A stretch of 64,000 nucleotides of DNA, taken from assembly GCF_000485595.1 (NCBI RefSeq), contig NW_014577075.1:649311-713310 (forward strand), given 5' to 3'. Source of the stretch: Priapulus caudatus (taxonomy: Eukaryota). A model generated the notes under the pieces. That model was given only the letters and a program-made list of their open reading frames with translations, was not told where the DNA came from and ran no database searches. Position 1 is the stretch's first letter, and each line of letters starts with the position of its first letter. Positions 1 to 12,222 of this stretch are shown here, one piece after another. The position numbers were made by a program, and so were the translations under genes.

Positions 1-3000
1 TAAACTCGGTGATGACCCCGAAGGCACCGCCGCCACCGCGGATGGCCCAGAACAAGTCCGGGTCATCACTGGAACTTTCCTGAAGCAATAGATTGACGTA
101 TTTAGTAGTAGTTCAGCAAATACCTGGTACATTTTGCATTACACCAAAGCTGCGCGCAGCAATATTGGAGCGATACCGATAGCTAATCAATTTTGTATCG
201 TGTTGTTGTATCGACGGTGCTTCACTAATCGCTGCATACGCAGAATGTCATGCTTAGATCCATTCACTGTAACTCACACGCATCTTTATCTCAGCATTCG
301 CTCCTAGTACCTATAGCCTATAGCCCTATAGACTATAGCCCTATAGCCTGAGTTTTTTCTTATGGAAGAGAGCACAGTTTTGTCTCGACTGACGAATAAT
401 GAGGAAGCATTGACGTGTTGGCAAAACAAGATTTATCGTTAGCATGTTGTTTCTACGATTCCTGATGTCAGGCTACTTCCCAGGTGCTGAAGCTGCAAAT
501 CAACAGCGCCGGGTGTAGTATGTTAAGCTCAGAACCCCGTCTTAATATAAATTATAAATACAGCACTTTCAGCATTTTGATATAATTTAAAAAGTATGCG
601 CATGTTCATACTTTTAATGGAATTTATTAAATTTTCGAGCAAATATACCAAACAGAAAATGTCCGAATGTACTATTATTATGATAATGCTAATTCGAGGA
701 ACATTGGGGACGGTCTGCAGCTCCCTTCGCCGCACGCTTATGCGATTAAAATGTTCTTTTTGTAACGTTTCACGAAACAAACCACACATATACGTAGAGT
801 AGGCTATTATAGGCGAAAAGTATCGCTACCTCATTTATTACATTTATTTTAAGCTTATATACTAATACTTAATAACTTTATTTATTAAGCTCATTATTTT
901 GTTTCGTTCTAAAATCGAAGTCGATTTCGTTTTTCCGTAAGGTCTTAGTTAATCTCCCATTAGGTTACGGCAAACGTGCAGGTCTTGCATATAACGATGT
1001 CATACTCGCTAGAACCGCGTGCACCTAGCCTACCTTTCCGTCAACGTCTGTTATGATGGTGCTGTCCTGCTTTAGTTGAGCGATGCTGCCGTTGGCAAGC
1101 ACCATGGTAACGCCGATCACGTTATCAGAGCCGAGACCGATGTTTCTGGTGTTCGGTCCGTGACCTCCTCCTACCAGGTAGCCACCCATCGTGACGGTGG
1201 GGCAGCTTCCCGCCGCCGCCAAATACTTGTGTGTGTGTGTGTGTGTTGTGTGTAGTGTGTGGTGTTGTGGGCTGGTGCGTGTGTGGCCGATGCGTGCGTG
1301 CGTGTGGGTTTGTTTTAGATATTGGTGTGGTATGAAGGTAGTTAGAAGGGAAATTTTAGATCAGCTGGGACGCTGATCGATGATGGGGTCATCGTTTGAA
1401 GAAGGAGGGGGAGGTAAATGTAACAATGTGTTTTACAGATGTTTACATAAGGCCTACATTAGTAATTTTAGCTAGATTTTATTGCTAATAGAGCACCGGA
1501 GAGCAAAATTTTAATTGGATAATTAATTAATTGGATCCGGATTACTACCAAAAGTAATCAATCTAAGTTACCCATTTGTGACCTGATGCCTGAAATGTAA
1601 TTAATTAATTAATTAATTTACATTCTGATCCGGGATTACCACCAAAATCTCATCATTCTAAATTTAGCCCATTTCGGACGCTATTCGCTGAAATATTTTT
1701 ATGACAATTCCGTGCATAACTGTTTCAGTTGTACACAAACCCACAAACCCACATAACACACAACACGAACAAACACACGCCGGTAAAAATATATGGCTGG
1801 GCCTGGGGTAGAGTAGTCAGTTAGCATTGTGGTTATTGATAATGGGTAGGTTGCGTGTGCAATTGTAACGTGTTGTTTAGAATATTTAGTCTAAACACAG
1901 GGCAAGATCGGATACATGCCTGTGACGCATATGTGGTGGTTAGAATAGACAAAGCGTAGGCAGTTAATAGTTAGGCAGGGTGAATGTGTGTGTAATTGGT
2001 TAAGAAAAGTTTTGACTTTGTTTGTGATTGGTGAGAGTTTGTTATAAATAGAATTTGAAGAAAGGTCAGCAGGACTTCTGTTGGAGCTGGCATTCGCAGT
2101 AGCGTGTACCGTGTGAGACCTGTAATTAATTGTAAACAATAGATTCTTTTAGTAAACACAAATATATACTGTTTCTGATTATTTTACTCTAAATTATTTA
2201 TTTAAATCTTTGGTGTATACTTCCACGTTTACAGATACAGCTCGGTAGTTTGAGTAAGACGTAGCGACTTTCTCATAAATTCCGCACGTGCTAAACTCTG
2301 GACTGGGTCTTTGGGCATAAATATTAGGAAGCGGGGTCGCCCTGTGAGTAAATCCAGCATAATACACAGTAAACAACTTTCTTATTTAATAGCGTTGGGT
2401 ATACATATAAATTGTGATTTGCCTTTCATATAAATGTAATCTGCGAGACAATGATTGACGCAAGACAAACATAATAAGTGTGAGTAGCGCTAACGTATCG
2501 ATAGCGGTAATAACGCTACTGAGTAAACTAAATATTGAATGCCTGCATGGTTACACGTGACACAACTATCGTGAAAAACAAACTTGAGTATTTTATTATT
2601 TGGCACATGACAAGCTAAAATTTCTTATTGATTTGAGTGGGCAAACCTTAAAGCGCTAATTTATTTGAATTAATATTGCATTTATTTGCTGTTTTCTAGT
2701 CCCTGGTAAAACTCTTAAAAGCGCGTTCGCGAGAATCACTTGTCATAATTTTCGATGAACGATGACGATAGATATATTGCCTCACAAGCTGCCGCAACTC
2801 ACATTATATTCAGGGTATAACCAGGCATCAATGTTTCGCCTAAGAGTTATGATTACTCGCTTATTTGAACACGTACACTGCTGTCCAGAAATAAACAGTT
2901 GAGAGTGTCAACTGATTGATAAGAGCACTTTTATCTGTATGTGTATGTGATTGGCTGCTACTGATAAACTACTAATAATATTGATTCAACACACGCACTC

Positions 3001-4211
3001 CTTCGCGACGCATACTACACAACACTAATCTATGCACATATGTATTCCCAGCCGCTTCTAGCAGAGCAACAGAAATCTACTGTCCGATCTAGGAATATCT
3101 ATTTAGATGAAAGCGTGTATGAGAGCGCAGGGCAAGAGTGGCTCATGTATAGTACAGTTGTCAGCCCACTGCCGCGTTGCTACCTTCTCCCAGCCAACGC
3201 ATTGGTTGCAAAGGAACACTGTTTATTGGGATCATGTTACTTTCTGATCTCGAGTAAACGATCGTACTTGTGGTCCGCCAGAAATGGCAGGCGTAGTTCG
3301 GGAGATTCGAACCCCGGTTCGTGTAGTACACACCCCGAGGCCATATTTGCGCCGGGTCAGGGTCGGGCCGCGGCCCCCCCTATGGTTCGCCACTCATGCC
3401 TTGATGAAGGCTGCAGGACAAATCGAGTTAGGACATGTTATGCACGCTATGCTTTTCTATCTATAGACGTCCTACTTTCTTGGGTATTTGTATCGGGAAA
3501 AAAACACATGTACTTACTAATTATATCAATGGGGTAGGAAACTCGTTTCCGCCATGGCGGTCATTATCACGGTAAGTACCGGTTATGCTATATCGCCTTC
3601 TATTCGCGTTTCAAATTCTGATTTTGAATAGCATTGAACTACCTACTACGCTGGCTGTTTATAAAACCTCTTCGTTTTCTACTCTTTTGTCCTCCCGCCC
3701 AATACTGTCTCCACCCGCCTCTCTCCTCTATTCTCTCGCTCACTCTCCCTCCGCACCCTCTTACATATCTCGTGTGTGTGTGTGTGTGTTTGTGTGTGTG
3801 TATGTGTGTGTGCGCGCGCGCGTGTGTGTGTATGTGTGTATGTGTGTGCGCGCGCGAGTGTGTGCGAGCTCATTTGTGCGCTCGGGGTAGCGTGCGCGTG
3901 CATTCATGTAGGTCGCTCCTGTGTGCGGATACGAGTACGCACATGTGTGCGAGAGAAAGTCGAAAACAGTGCTTGTTAACATAACTTTCCCACTGTCCTT
4001 ACCTTTGCTGATACGTGTTCAGCATCGTACACGCTCCCCAAAACCACGCGCCAAGGTCTGGAGTCAGAACATTTGCTGCTGTAGAGAGAGATTTGTCGAA
4101 TTTCTCTATTGTTTCCGCACTCGGCCAGCACGTTTCATCAGGCATGCAGTAGTGTCTACCGTTCACCATGCATACCATTACGGCGATCGCCACTACATCG
4201 AGCACTCTCAT
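1..4211 (-). CDS. Secreted FAD-linked oxidoreductase, berberine-bridge-enzyme (BBE)/VAO-PCMH family; partial (continues beyond the left edge, internal exons not visible)
   Basis: Exon 4211-4003: signal-peptide-like MRVLDVVAIAVMVCMVNG followed by YCMPDETCWPS, donor AG|gtaagg. Exon ~1220-1034: AAGSCPTVTMGGYLVGGGHGPNTRNIGLGSDNVIGVTMVLANG...DGK, donor AAG|gtaggc. Exon 79-<1 after acceptor ttcag|: ESSSDDPDLFWAIRGGGGAFGVITEF. GxCPTV, GLGSDNV and DLFWAIRGGG are hallmark BBE-family motifs, and the last two exons join in phase 0. Confidence 0.88.
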
Positions 4212-5874
4212 TTTAGCTGCCGTGTTTCCTTCCACCGCACGGATGCTGGCTTATAATCCTGCGACTGCTGTGCACACCTACCGTCGACACGCCCAGAAAG
4301 AAATGCGCCAACAAAACCCGCACCCAGGTGTACACATGCTCGCGTCACACCCTCGACCTTTGCCATGCGCACCCACCTCTACCCGATGTGGCCATTACCC
4401 TGAGTACCTTATGCGATGACAAAGACCTCGTGATATTATAGATCGCGTGCGCACTGTACACGCTATGTATCGTACATTGCTGGCCTAGATACACTAGTTG
4501 CTGGCCACTACACGACAGCAGACACATTTCGGATTTTCCTATAGGTTACAAAGGTGTTCATATGATATTGAGCGACGATTACATAGGATCAAGAGCGTAT
4601 AAAGAAGGGAACACGTTCAAATTAGTCGCGGACGGGCCGACGGCATCGCCCCCATCGCCGGGACAGCTCGCTAGTCCGACGGATAATGTTACGGTTGCGG
4701 GTTGACTATAATTATGCTATTGTGCGGTTGTGGTTATGTTTTCAGTATGATATTATTATATACTTAAGCGGTTACAGTTACAATCACACATGTTACGATG
4801 ATAGTACAGCCGTTCACATTGTCGGTGGCTCACATAAGCCATTTGGGAAAAAATTTATTGAGGGTTTTCTTCCAGTCAGGAGACTGGGCTAAGCCGATTT
4901 CATCGACTTTTCTTAGGGCGGGGTGAAATGTAGTACGGTGTTTTAGCTTTGAGATAGAGACATAGGGAATTTGGCACATTAATCAGGAAAATGTGCAGGG
5001 ACGGCCGGCGATGGACCCAGAAGGCATTAGCTACATACTAAAGAGCACACATAATTTAGCGTGGACAGAATGCATTTCAAAATGGTACGAACACATTAAC
5101 TTTAACAAGAATGCGGCGGAGTTTATCAAATGGCCATCATTAAGCGGGCATCGTACACGGTGCTCGCCGCTTCTACCTGGTACCTTTGTACGTTGGTCGC
5201 GACCGGTCGTTGTACCCACGACTCGCGCCATAAGTTAGTGGAAGTCTGAACAGGTCGCGACGACGATGCGGACGGGTTAAAAGAGATAGGTTTTAGGGAC
5301 AACGAGTGAGACGCCGGAATCCGCTAACGAGTACGCGCACACTGTTTTGACTGTGCTGTTCATCTGCGTCTATAACAAGTGCCGCAGAGCGACAGCGCTC
5401 AACTGACGTGTACTGTAGCCGGGTATTCTTCTGATAAACTCACTGGCAACCGAATCAAGTGCGCCCTCCCGCCACCGCGTTCGCGCTCAGAGCATATATA
5501 TATATAGGATACTACTAATACAGATCTAAAATATATGATAGCTAGGCTTTGCTATACCGGTAGTACAGTAATAAAGATACAGCTGTGTAACTTTAATGAC
5601 TTCGCTATATTAACATGTTATCATGGATATGCGTCGAGCGCGAGCGTAGTGGTGGTGGTTGGGAGAAGGTGGGGGGAGGGGCGGGGGCTGATGGCTCTAA
5701 TAGCAAAAGCAGTTGCCGCAAGATGGCGCGTGCAAGTGTCATCAATAATCAAAGATGGCATCACTCTTCGTGCGTGATAATCTCACTCCATTGAGTTGCT
5801 GAAATCCAAGTATATTCAGGCAGGCGAGAATTTCGCTCAGCTGTGAGTTAACACATCTGCATTGNNNNNNNNNN

Positions 5875-7377
5875 TACGAGGCCCCTGATTGGTCGGCTGC
5901 TACGAGGCTCCTCATTGGTTGGTTGCTAGGAGACCCCTGATTGGTCGGCTGCTACGAGGCTCCTGATTGGTCGGCTGTTACGAGGCCCCTGATTGGTCGG
6001 CTGCTACGAGGCTCCTCATTGGTTGGTTGCTAGGAGACCCCTGATTGGTCGGCTGCTACGAGGCTCCTGATTGGTCGGCTGCTACGAGGCCCCTGATTGG
6101 TCGGCTTCTACGAGGCCCCTGATTGGCCGGTTGCTACGAGGCCCCTGATTGGTCGGCTGCTACGAAGCTCCTGATTGGTCGGCTGCTACGAGGCCCCTGA
6201 TTGGTCGGCTGCTAGGAGGCCCCTGATTGATCGGCTGTTAGGAGGCCCCTGATTGATCGGCTGTTAGGAGGCCCCATGATTGGTCGGTTGCTACGAGGCC
6301 CCATGATTGGTCGGTTGCTACGAGGCTCCTGATTGGTCAGTTGCTAGGAGGCCCCTGATTGGCCGGTTGCTACGAGGCTCCTGATTGGTCGGCTGCTACG
6401 AGGCCCCTGATTGGTCGGCTGCTACGACACCTCTGATTTGTCAGTTGCTATGAGGCCCCTGATTAGCCGGTTGCTAGGAGGCCCCTGATTGGTCGGTTGT
6501 TAGGAGGCCCCCTGATTGGTGGGCTGCTACGAGACTCCTGATTGGTTGCTTGCTAATTAGGGGCTTTGTAGAAACCGACCAATCAGGGGCCTCGTAACAA
6601 CCGACCAATCAGGGGCCTCCTAGCAACCGACCAATCAAGGCCCTCCTAGCAGCCAGTCAATCAGGGGCCTCGTAGAAACCGGCCAATCAGGGGTCTCATA
6701 ACAGCCGACGAATCCCAGGTCTTGTAGAAACCAACCAATCAGAGGCCTCGTAGAAACCGTCCAATCAGGGGCCTCCTAGCAGCCGATCAATCAGGAGCCT
6801 CTTAGCAACCGACCAATCAGGAGCCTCGTAGCAGCCGACCAATCAAGGGCCTCCTAGTAGCCGACCAATCAGGGGTCTCCTAGCAGCCGACCAATCAGAG
6901 GCCTCGTAGAAACCGACCAATCAGGGGCCTCGTAGAAACCGACCAATCAGGGGCCTCGTAGAGACCGTCCAATCAGGGGCCTCCTAGCAGCCAGCCAATC
7001 AGGAGCCTTTTAGCAGCCGACCAATCAGGGGCCTCCTAGCAGCCGGCCAATCAGGGGCTTCGTAGCAACTTACCAATCAGGAGCCTCGTAGCTACCGACC
7101 AATCAGGAGCCTCGTAGCTACCGACTAATCAGGAGCCTCGTAGCAGCCGACCAATTAGGGGCCTCCTAGCAGCCGACCAATCAGGAGCTTCATAGCAACC
7201 GACCAATCAGGGGCCTCCTAGCAACCGACCAATCAGGGGCTTCGTAGATACCGACCAATCAGGAGCTTCGTGGCAGCTGGCCAATCACGAGCCTTGTAGC
7301 AGCTGACCAATCAGGAGCCTCCTAGCAACCGGCCAATCAGGAGCCTCCTAGCAGCCGACCAATCAGGGGCCTCGTAG
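5875..7377. repeat. 26-bp CCAAT-box minisatellite with internal polarity inversion (copy 1, left end in a gap)
   Basis: Unit gaggcccctgattggtcggctgctac repeats to ~6552; after ctaattag (6553-6560) the reverse-complement unit gtagcagccgaccaatcaggggcctc repeats to ~7377. Confidence 0.95.
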
Positions 7378-8536
7378 TTAGCCGTGTACGTGCACACGCA
7401 CGCACGTGTACGTGCACACGCACGCGCGTGTTAGGGAACAACACACGCACGCACATGTGCACACGCACGCACGCACGCACGCACGCACGTGTAAGTACAC
7501 ACGCACGCACGCACGAGTACGTGTCACTGCTTTCATCGAGTGTTGAACGCAATCATACAAACGAAAATGAGGACAACGATCACATCCACCAGCACTCCCG
7601 TAGACAAAGCTAGAGCCATATGGTTTACATACAAGAGAGACGTCAGTTTGGTTGATATGGTATGTGTCGCACAGTGTGATTGGTTTATGCTAGGCACGCC
7701 CCTCAACAACCAGCAGCTACGATGGCGTAGTGGATTTACACTGGAATTCATCAACATTTGCGTACGCAGGTGCTACGCTGCGTTGATGAATCGCACCTAC
7801 GAGCTTTGCGTACGTACTTCGTAGAAACTCTGTACACGCAATACACTTTACGCAACGTTGATGAATCTTGCCCCAGAATCGCTACGGGTTGCAGTTGCAC
7901 GTTTCCGCAGACGTAGCGATTTCACAGCAATTTCGACTGCGATTCTGGAATCGCTGCCTAGTTGCATGAAAAAGTCGCAAGTCTGCGCCAGGCTTAAGAG
8001 TGTTAGAACGCAATACCCGTTAACACGCCAAGGGCCCCGTTCGTCACCAGATGGCGCTGTTCATTTGGCACTATATCAGAAATTCTTCAGGATCTCATGT
8101 AGTACGCGTATGAAAAGTTTCACAATTCAAACCAAAAGTGCACAATCCATGTGCTCATCCGCTGGACTAGAACGCGTGGTGCTGTTGATGTTATTACTCG
8201 CTTACCAATTACCCTTGAAAAACTTGGAAAATAACCTCACCTGTGTGTGAACTAACTTCATGAAAAATTACTTACCTTGGTTGTAAGTCCACCGCGTCCT
8301 AGATATACGCCGATCTTAGACGTTTGTTCATCCTGGTATAGTCCATACGTAGCACAGCGATTGCTTTTATGAAGCGATGAATTTGTAGCTGACGCTCAAA
8401 CGCCTTATATACGAACCCTCCAGCCAACAGACATCGCCAATTCAAAGATGCTAACACCAACCAACTTACGCGTCTCGTCGTCTGGTGCAATAACAACAAA
8501 CATCTAGACGCGCAAATATGTCTTTATCGTTAAGTA

Positions 8537-8805
8537 GACTGCCAAGAGAATTTTCTTCGGCCATTTTCATACGTTCAAACTAGTCGCGGACGGGCCGACG
8601 GCACGTGTGCATGGTAAAATCCGGTCTATAATATTCACTTTGCTTGCAGCATCACGCCCTGGGTTCCCAGTTATGCTAATGTTCATGAAAATGGTGCTCC
8701 GCCGTCGGTCGCCGTTGACTGTCAATAGAATTTTCTTCGGCCGTTCTTATACGTTCAAAATAGTCGCGAGCGGGCCGACGGCACGTGTGCATGGTAAAAT
8801 CTTAT
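8537..8805. repeat. ~180-bp tandem repeat, about 1.5 units
   Basis: gactg.caa.agaattttcttcggcc recurs at 8537 and 8717; a short fragment of the same unit lies at ~4612-4645. Confidence 0.85.
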
Positions 8806-9462
8806 CTAGACGATCTGCAGCCGGATATCCGCGCGAAGCGCGAAAACGCCGCGTAGCGGCAATCTAACACAACTTCGCTGCCCCCGCTCCATCACCTTAC
8901 ACGGGTCTCTTTGGGTATAGACCAAAGTCGTATAATCGCTCAATTCAGCAGTTGTGGCGATTTCACAAGCCTTTTCACTACGCACGTAGGCAGACATTTC
9001 ATAGAAATGGTCGTAATTGTTCTTTTGCTGCTCGGCGTTCGTTTTCCTGTAGAAAAGCGAGTTACCATTTTTGGTGTTTCATGCCCTGACATTATTTTCG
9101 AACATATGGCGTCCCATAGATGGCGCCACGAGGCTATGTTCATGGCATTTTCACGTAGTTTTTCTTCACACGGCTTCGGCGGCTAAGCTAGACTGCTCCC
9201 CGGTCAACAGTTCTACACGCTAGACTAACTGAGTTCATTGTAGCCAAGGATACTTGGCGGAGTGAAGGTGGCTACCAGTCTAGCCGTATCCATGGTAATT
9301 TAGAGTACTTGGGTTCCGGTATTTAGAGTAGTTGTGTTCCGGTATGCATGTTGACAGTACTTGGGTACTTGGGCTAGTATGTATCATTTCTGCATATTGC
9401 GATGGCCATATAGGTTGCGATATTTAATCCATATCCATCCATATTGAATCCATCGATATATC

Positions 9463-9542
9463 ATGCCACCGTATTGTAGTGCATACAACTGTAACGTTGT
9501 TAGATGTACGGAGTCAGAAGCAGCAAAGATAACTTTTTATCG
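9463..9542 (+). pseudogene. Orphan first exon of a THAP zinc-finger domain (probably from a THAP-bearing DNA transposon)
   Basis: Translates MPPYCSAYNCNVVRCTESEAAKITFYR, then CG|gtgag donor. Matches the THAP N-terminal pattern M-P-x-x-C-S-A-x-x-C...x-F-(Y/H)-R-(F-P). No second exon recognised downstream. Confidence 0.7.
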
Positions 9543-10068
9543 GTGAGATAACATTTCAATAGTCAACAGTTACATAATTATTATAGTTATTCGACAGTGT
9601 TGCTCTTCACAGTCGTCATTGCGGTTCAAGGCTAGAGATCAACTGCAGCACGCTCATACGATACGGTGACCTTCATTACTGTCGTGTCCGTCCTGTACAT
9701 CATCTCTATCCCTTTAACGTAACTGTGTACTATATAAAATTGCCATGTAGGCCTATTTGTCCATGTCGAAAAGCAAAACAAGGTTCATACCGCACACATG
9801 TGTAAGCATTGTAACATATCTTAGCGCAAATAATACTAGGTATAGTCTGCAATGATTTCATAAGAAAGTCGCTGAAATGGACCAGTGCAGTCCCATTTGA
9901 CACGAAAATGCACAAAATCTCCCTTCTGTCCCTGTTTTCATATAAAAATATTTTTGTGAAGGGCAACGAGTTGCATACTATTTCTATGTGTAAGGCTGAG
10001 ATAACACTCATATACACTAAATCTCAATGTCAATGTCCAGTAGTTTTTCAGTGATACAGTACAAAGCA

Positions 10069-10207
10069 GACACTGTGCCGAAATATCCACACGACGTGCG
10101 TCGCGAGTGACACTGTGCCGAAATATTGAGTCGACGTTCATCGCGAGTGACACTGTGCCCAAATATCGACACGACGTGCGTCGCGAGTGACACTGTGCCG
10201 AAATATT
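10069..10207. repeat. 40-bp tandem repeat, about 3.5 units
   Basis: gacactgtgcc.aaatat recurs near 10069, 10109, 10149 and 10189. Confidence 0.85.
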
Positions 10208-10210
10208 GCA

Positions 10211-11290
10211 AGATAATTGTCTTCGGCCGTTCTTATACGTTCAAACCGGAGCCGGGCAGGCTCAAACAGGCACGTGTGCTTGTAAAATCCGACATCTATA
10301 TTATTACTTTGGCTTGCAGCATCACGCCTGGTTCCTCAGTTTCTGCTAATGTTCATGAAAATGGTGCTCCGCCCGGTCGCCAGTTGACTGTCAACGAAAA
10401 TTTTTCTTCGCGTTTTTATGCGTTCAATGCTGGAGCCAGGCGGCAATAGCACGTGTGCTGGTAAAATCCTATCAATATTAATCACGTTGGCTTGCAGCAT
10501 CACCCCTGCGTTCTTCGCTATGCTTATATATGTACATGAAAATGGTGCTCCGCCGGGTCGCCGTTGAACTGTCAAGAGAATTTCTTCGTGCCGTTTTTAT
10601 GCGTTTAAACTGGAGCCAGGCGGCCAATAGCACGTGTGCATGCGTAAAATCCTATCAATATTAATCACGTTGCTTGCAGCATCACCCCCTGCGTTCTTCG
10701 CTATGCTTATATATGTACATGAAAATGTGGCTCCCGCCGGTCGCGTTGACTGTCAGAGAACTTTCTTCGGCCGTTTTTATGCGTTCAAACTGAGGCGCGG
10801 CGGCCAATAGCACGTGTAGCATGGTAAAATCCTATACATATTAATCACGTTGCTTGCAGCATCAGCCCTGCGTTCTTCCGCTATGCTTATATATGTACAT
10901 GAAAAGGTGCTCCGACGTCGGTCGCCGTTGACTGCTAGAGAATTCTTCTTGACCGTCTTAAACGTCCAAAGTGAGCGCCAGGCGGGCCGACAGCCGAGTT
11001 ACTTGGCAAAATCCTATCTATAATATTCACGTTGGTCGCGAGTATCACGCTCTTCTGGGTTCCCAGTTATGCCTATATTAATGTACAGGAAGATGGCGCT
11101 CGTGCGTCAGTCACCGTTGACTGCCAAGATAATTTTCTTCGCCCGTTTCTTATATGTTTAAAGTGGAGACGGGCGGGCCGAAGCACGCCCGCTTGGTAAA
11201 ATTCATCTATAGTATTCACTTTGCTCGCAGCATCACGCCCTGGTTCCCAACTATGCGTATGTACATGAAAAAGGCGCCCCGGTCTCATGT
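10211..11290. repeat. ~180-bp tandem repeat, about 6 units
   Basis: Recurrent ttcttcggccgtttttatgcgttcaaactggagccaggc...catggtaaaatcctat...ttgcagcatcac...gtacatgaaaatggtgctccg with a ~180-bp period. Confidence 0.9.
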
Positions 11291-12183
11291 ATTCATTGAT
11301 AACTGAATTACTTTTCCAGGATTACAGTATAGCTGTATTCCTACCATATTAATCTTTCTCTGCCAGTGTCAGTGCAGTGTGAGTGTAATAGAAAAAATTC
11401 AATCAACGTACAACGCATTCAATCCCGTTAAAAGAAATAATTTGTGTCCAAAATTGTTCGATCGCATGAAATCTGGTCGCAGTTACAAGATGGGTGATTA
11501 AAAGGTTTAAAAAAAGTATATGGTGGCCCAGTGTTATAATAGTTATTCACAAGTCTTCGGCGTGGCCCACTGTTATAATACATGTATACATGTAGTAGTT
11601 GCGAGATACGGTGTTGTAGTTTATGAGAGAAAGGAAAAAAGAAGTCAGGTTGGTGATCGCGTACGGCTTTCAAATTACACGTTCTTGTAGGCTTACTATC
11701 ATACCCTACATATCATATCCCACGATATTTGGCCGAAATTACGCGAACATAATTAAAACATTTACAAACGTAAATCACGCGTTCACCCGTAACCTCTCTT
11801 CTTGGCAATAACTCTCGAGTTCCCACTCCCAGGACCGTGTTCGTTAGTTCGGTAAGAGTCTTGTTCTTTGCCTTTTTTTAAAACCTTTCATAAATTTTTT
11901 TAGCAATTGATGTTTCTATGATTTTTGTTTCTGTTTTATGAGAATTAATTTATATGTACATTATTTTACATGATTTAGTATACATGTATACTCGTATTGT
12001 ATGTGAATGTGTGGTCTTGTATGTTTGTGTGTGGTGTGTGTGTGTGTGTGTATGTGTGCGTGTGCGTGTGCGTGTGCAGTGTGCGTGTGCGTGTGCTCGT
12101 GCCGCGGTCGCGCGTGCGCGTGCGCCGTGCGCACGTTGCGCGTGCGTCGTGGCGGCGAGACGCGTGCGTAGTGCGTAGTGTGT

Positions 12184-12222
<39 letters not shown>

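Noticed and set aside
3285..3330. tRNA B-box-like GGTTCGAATC on the minus strand
   Set aside because: No cloverleaf or convincing A box could be built; at most a SINE remnant.
5875..7377. CRISPR-like appearance of short regular repeats
   Set aside because: Units are contiguous with no unique spacers, no cas genes are present and the context is eukaryotic; this is a minisatellite.
7745..7995. ttcatcaac/gttgatgaa inverted motifs and ends resembling Harbinger-type MITE termini
   Set aside because: Matching opposite termini and target duplications could not be identified, so no element boundaries can be supported.
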